This document shows positions 6,001-6,920 of a stretch of 6,920 nt of DNA, piece after piece (the stretch's first letter is position 1; each line of letters starts with the position of its first letter). The DNA is from Fonticula alba ATCC 38817 (Eukaryota > Protista > Nucleariida): the NCBI GenBank assembly GCA_000388065.2, contig KB932211.1, one strand, 5' to 3'. The notes beneath the pieces were generated by a model. That model was not told where the DNA came from. It saw only the letters and a list, made by a program, of their open reading frames with translations, and searched no databases. A program made the translations under genes and the position numbers.

Positions 6001-6920
6001 CCCGGCCTCCTCAGTCGCCTGCGCCCAGTGCGAGCGTGGGTGGCTGCTGTCCGGGTCGAGCTGTGTGGACAGCTGCCCGGCCGGCACCTCGACGCAGGGC
6101 AGCCTCTGCCTGACGTGCCACGGGACCTGCGCCGAGTGCTTCGGCGACAAGGCGCACCAGTGTCTGGGCTGCCGGCCGGAGGCGCCGCTGCTGGTTGGCG
6201 GCACCTGCCGTGACACCTGCCCAGGGGGGTTCTTCGAGCAGGACCAGGCATGCCAGTCATGCGGCCCGACATGTGCCTCCTGCTCGGGGCCGGGGCCGGA
6301 CCGGTGCACGAGCTGCCCCGAGGACCGTGCTCTCCTGCGGGGGTCTTGCCTGCTCGACTGCCCGGATGGCTTCTTCGCTGAGGAGGGCGTCTGTCGCGAG
6401 TGCTTGGACTCCTGTGCCACATGCACCGAGGGCAGTGCCTGCACGCGGTGCAAGGGCCAGGCCCTGGTCGGGCCCGAGGGGACTTGCATGACGTCCTGTC
6501 CGGATGGCTGGCACGAGTGCTCGGGGTCGGGCAGGTGCCTGGCCTGCCCGGGCCACTGTACGACGTGCGTCTCGGCCGATGTGGCCTGCGCGGCCCTTTG
6601 CACGGCATGTGAGGAGGGGTTTGTCCTGTCGGCCGGCGCGTGCCAGGCCTCCTGCCCGAGCGGGGAGTTTGCGGCCCCGGGGTCGGGCATTTGTCAGCCC
6701 TGTGACGCTGGCTGCGGGAGCTGCTTCGGCTCGGCGGACCACTGCACGAGCTGCAACGGTGGCCTCCTGCACCCGGGCGCGGGCATCTGCGCGTCGACCT
6801 GCGCCGGGGCGTCGGCCCCGGTGGTCGGCGTCTGCCTGAGCTGCTTCGCCGGGTGCGAGCAGTGCGAGGCCGGGCCCGGCCAGTCGGAGTGCACGATCCA
6901 GGCCGATGGCCAGCTGGTCT
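1653..6920 (+). CDS. Large secreted/cell-surface Cys-rich protein with furin-like repeats (receptor-like ectodomain); spliced, 3'-incomplete, spans two assembly gaps. join(1653..3003,3135..4826,gap,5217..5764,gap,5775..>6920)
   Basis: Manual translation gives an N-terminal signal peptide. Joining G3003 to G3135 restores a continuous Cys-repeat frame (...CADGWYLDRPAG/EAPFSKRGHSCQPCPQTDCQTC...). Each sequenced segment is stop-free in one frame, with codons mostly ending in G/C. At least 14 CxxCxxxCxxC...CxxC...CxxxCPxG units lie after 4646. The C-terminus is outside the window. Confidence 0.9.
1665..1679 (+). repeat. (CGG)5 coding microsatellite encoding Arg5
   Basis: Direct reading, in frame with ATG 1653. 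Confidence 0.95.
3004..3134 (+). other. Spliceosomal intron, 131 nt, phase 1
   Basis: Donor GTGCGT at 3004, branch-point match CTGAC at 3111-3115 (A3114 is 20 nt from the 3' end), acceptor CCTTTCCCCAG ending at 3134. It is T-richer than the flanks and contains a microsatellite. Removing it moves the frame onto the long Cys-rich ORF. Confidence 0.9.
3054..3077 (+). repeat. Intronic (GCT)2(GCC)6 trinucleotide repeat
   Basis: Direct reading. Confidence 0.95.
3135..4826 (+). CDS. Exon 2, part before gap 1: end of Cys-rich linker, Cys-poor beta-rich domain B (3323-4645) and first unit of the furin-like array
   Basis: Codons start at 3137 and are stop-free to the gap: EAPFSKRGHSCQPCPQTDCQTCNAEHCLLCRDGFF...RTFIGVSLLHCPAGATGPCFLLPATFVDLP...VVCPSGAAGPRCDPCDGSCAECAHPGDPAACTACLAGDWLLDGTCVGVCPPGTWSDGAGQVC. 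It is absent from the ORF track, apparently because this frame reaches the window end without a stop. Confidence 0.9.
4827..5216. other. Assembly gap (390 N)
   Basis: Run of N inside the furin-like repeat array. Confidence 0.99.
5217..5764 (+). CDS. Coding segment between the gaps: furin-like Cys-rich repeats
   Basis: Codons start at 5218: AGCTDCTTATACTGCSVRHFLAGDGRCMACDGSC...CQPCDVSCGTCTGGDADQCTGC. Seen inside track ORF 4771..6213. Confidence 0.9.
5765..5774. other. Assembly gap (10 N, probably a placeholder length)
   Basis: Run of N; the coding frame changes across it. Confidence 0.99.
5775..6920 (+). CDS. Coding segment after gap 2: eight further furin-like units (last one partial), open to the window end
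   Basis: Codons start at 5777 and are stop-free to 6919: ACAARHVALAGRCLPCHVSCSACTG...CLTCHGTCAECFGDKAHQCLGC...CQPCDAGCGSCFGSADHCTSC...CLSCFAGCEQCEAGPGQSECTIQADGQLV. Sequon NAS at 5951-5959. Not in the ORF track. Confidence 0.92.

Larger units (their letters stand above)
4646..6920 (+). repeat. Tandem protein-level furin-like (growth factor receptor Cys-rich) repeat array, at least 14 units, complete ones ~38-55 aa
   Basis: Recurrent C-x2-C-x3-C-x2-C-x(3-10)-C-x2-C-x(9-16)-C-x3-C-P-x-G pattern. Units are diverged at DNA level, with no exact tandem DNA repeat. Family assignment is from Cys spacing, not an HMM search. Confidence 0.85.

Noticed and set aside
4771-6213. 480-aa ORF as an independent gene
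   Set aside because: Only 5218-5764 is the true frame; the parts before gap 1 and after gap 2 are out of frame.
4389-6690. Long minus-strand ORFs 4389..6608 and 4546..6690 and other short overlapping ORFs
   Set aside because: They span assembly gaps, have low-complexity Arg/Pro/Ala/Gly or mirror-repeat composition, and overlap a well-supported CDS on the other strand.
4646-6920. Giardia-type VSP or metal-binding (zinc-finger/ferredoxin) reading of the CxxC motifs
   Set aside because: The signal peptide, regular 8-Cys spacing with CPxG, and spliceosomal intron favour extracellular disulfide-bonded furin-like repeats.

Overview
GC-rich eukaryotic genomic DNA, not prokaryotic. The window is dominated by the 5' part of one large intron-containing + strand gene that the ORF track shows only in pieces. 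It starts at ATG 1653 (or 1656), exon 1 is 1653-3003, a 131-nt GT-AG intron spans 3004-3134, and coding sequence then continues from 3135 to the window end with no stop. Two scaffold gaps (4827-5216, 5765-5774) interrupt it, and their placeholder lengths break the frame. The conceptual protein has about 1,580 sequenced codons. Its order is: signal peptide, Cys-poor beta-rich domain A (~360 aa), 14-Cys linker with one furin-like unit, Cys-poor beta-rich domain B (~440 aa), then at least 14 furin-like/growth-factor-receptor Cys-rich repeats running off the right edge. This is a secreted or cell-surface receptor-like ectodomain; no transmembrane helix or kinase domain is visible. From memory and unverified, the architecture and style resemble the expanded Cys-rich receptor-kinase-like genes of the amoeba Fonticula alba. 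Upstream (1-1652) there is no recognisable gene. It holds an (AC)n microsatellite, possible decayed coding patches, a chain of GC-rich hairpins, a CCAAT box, long G/C homopolymers, a G-quadruplex/i-motif cluster and out-of-frame upstream ATGs. No rRNA, tRNA, CRISPR array or mobile element is supported.
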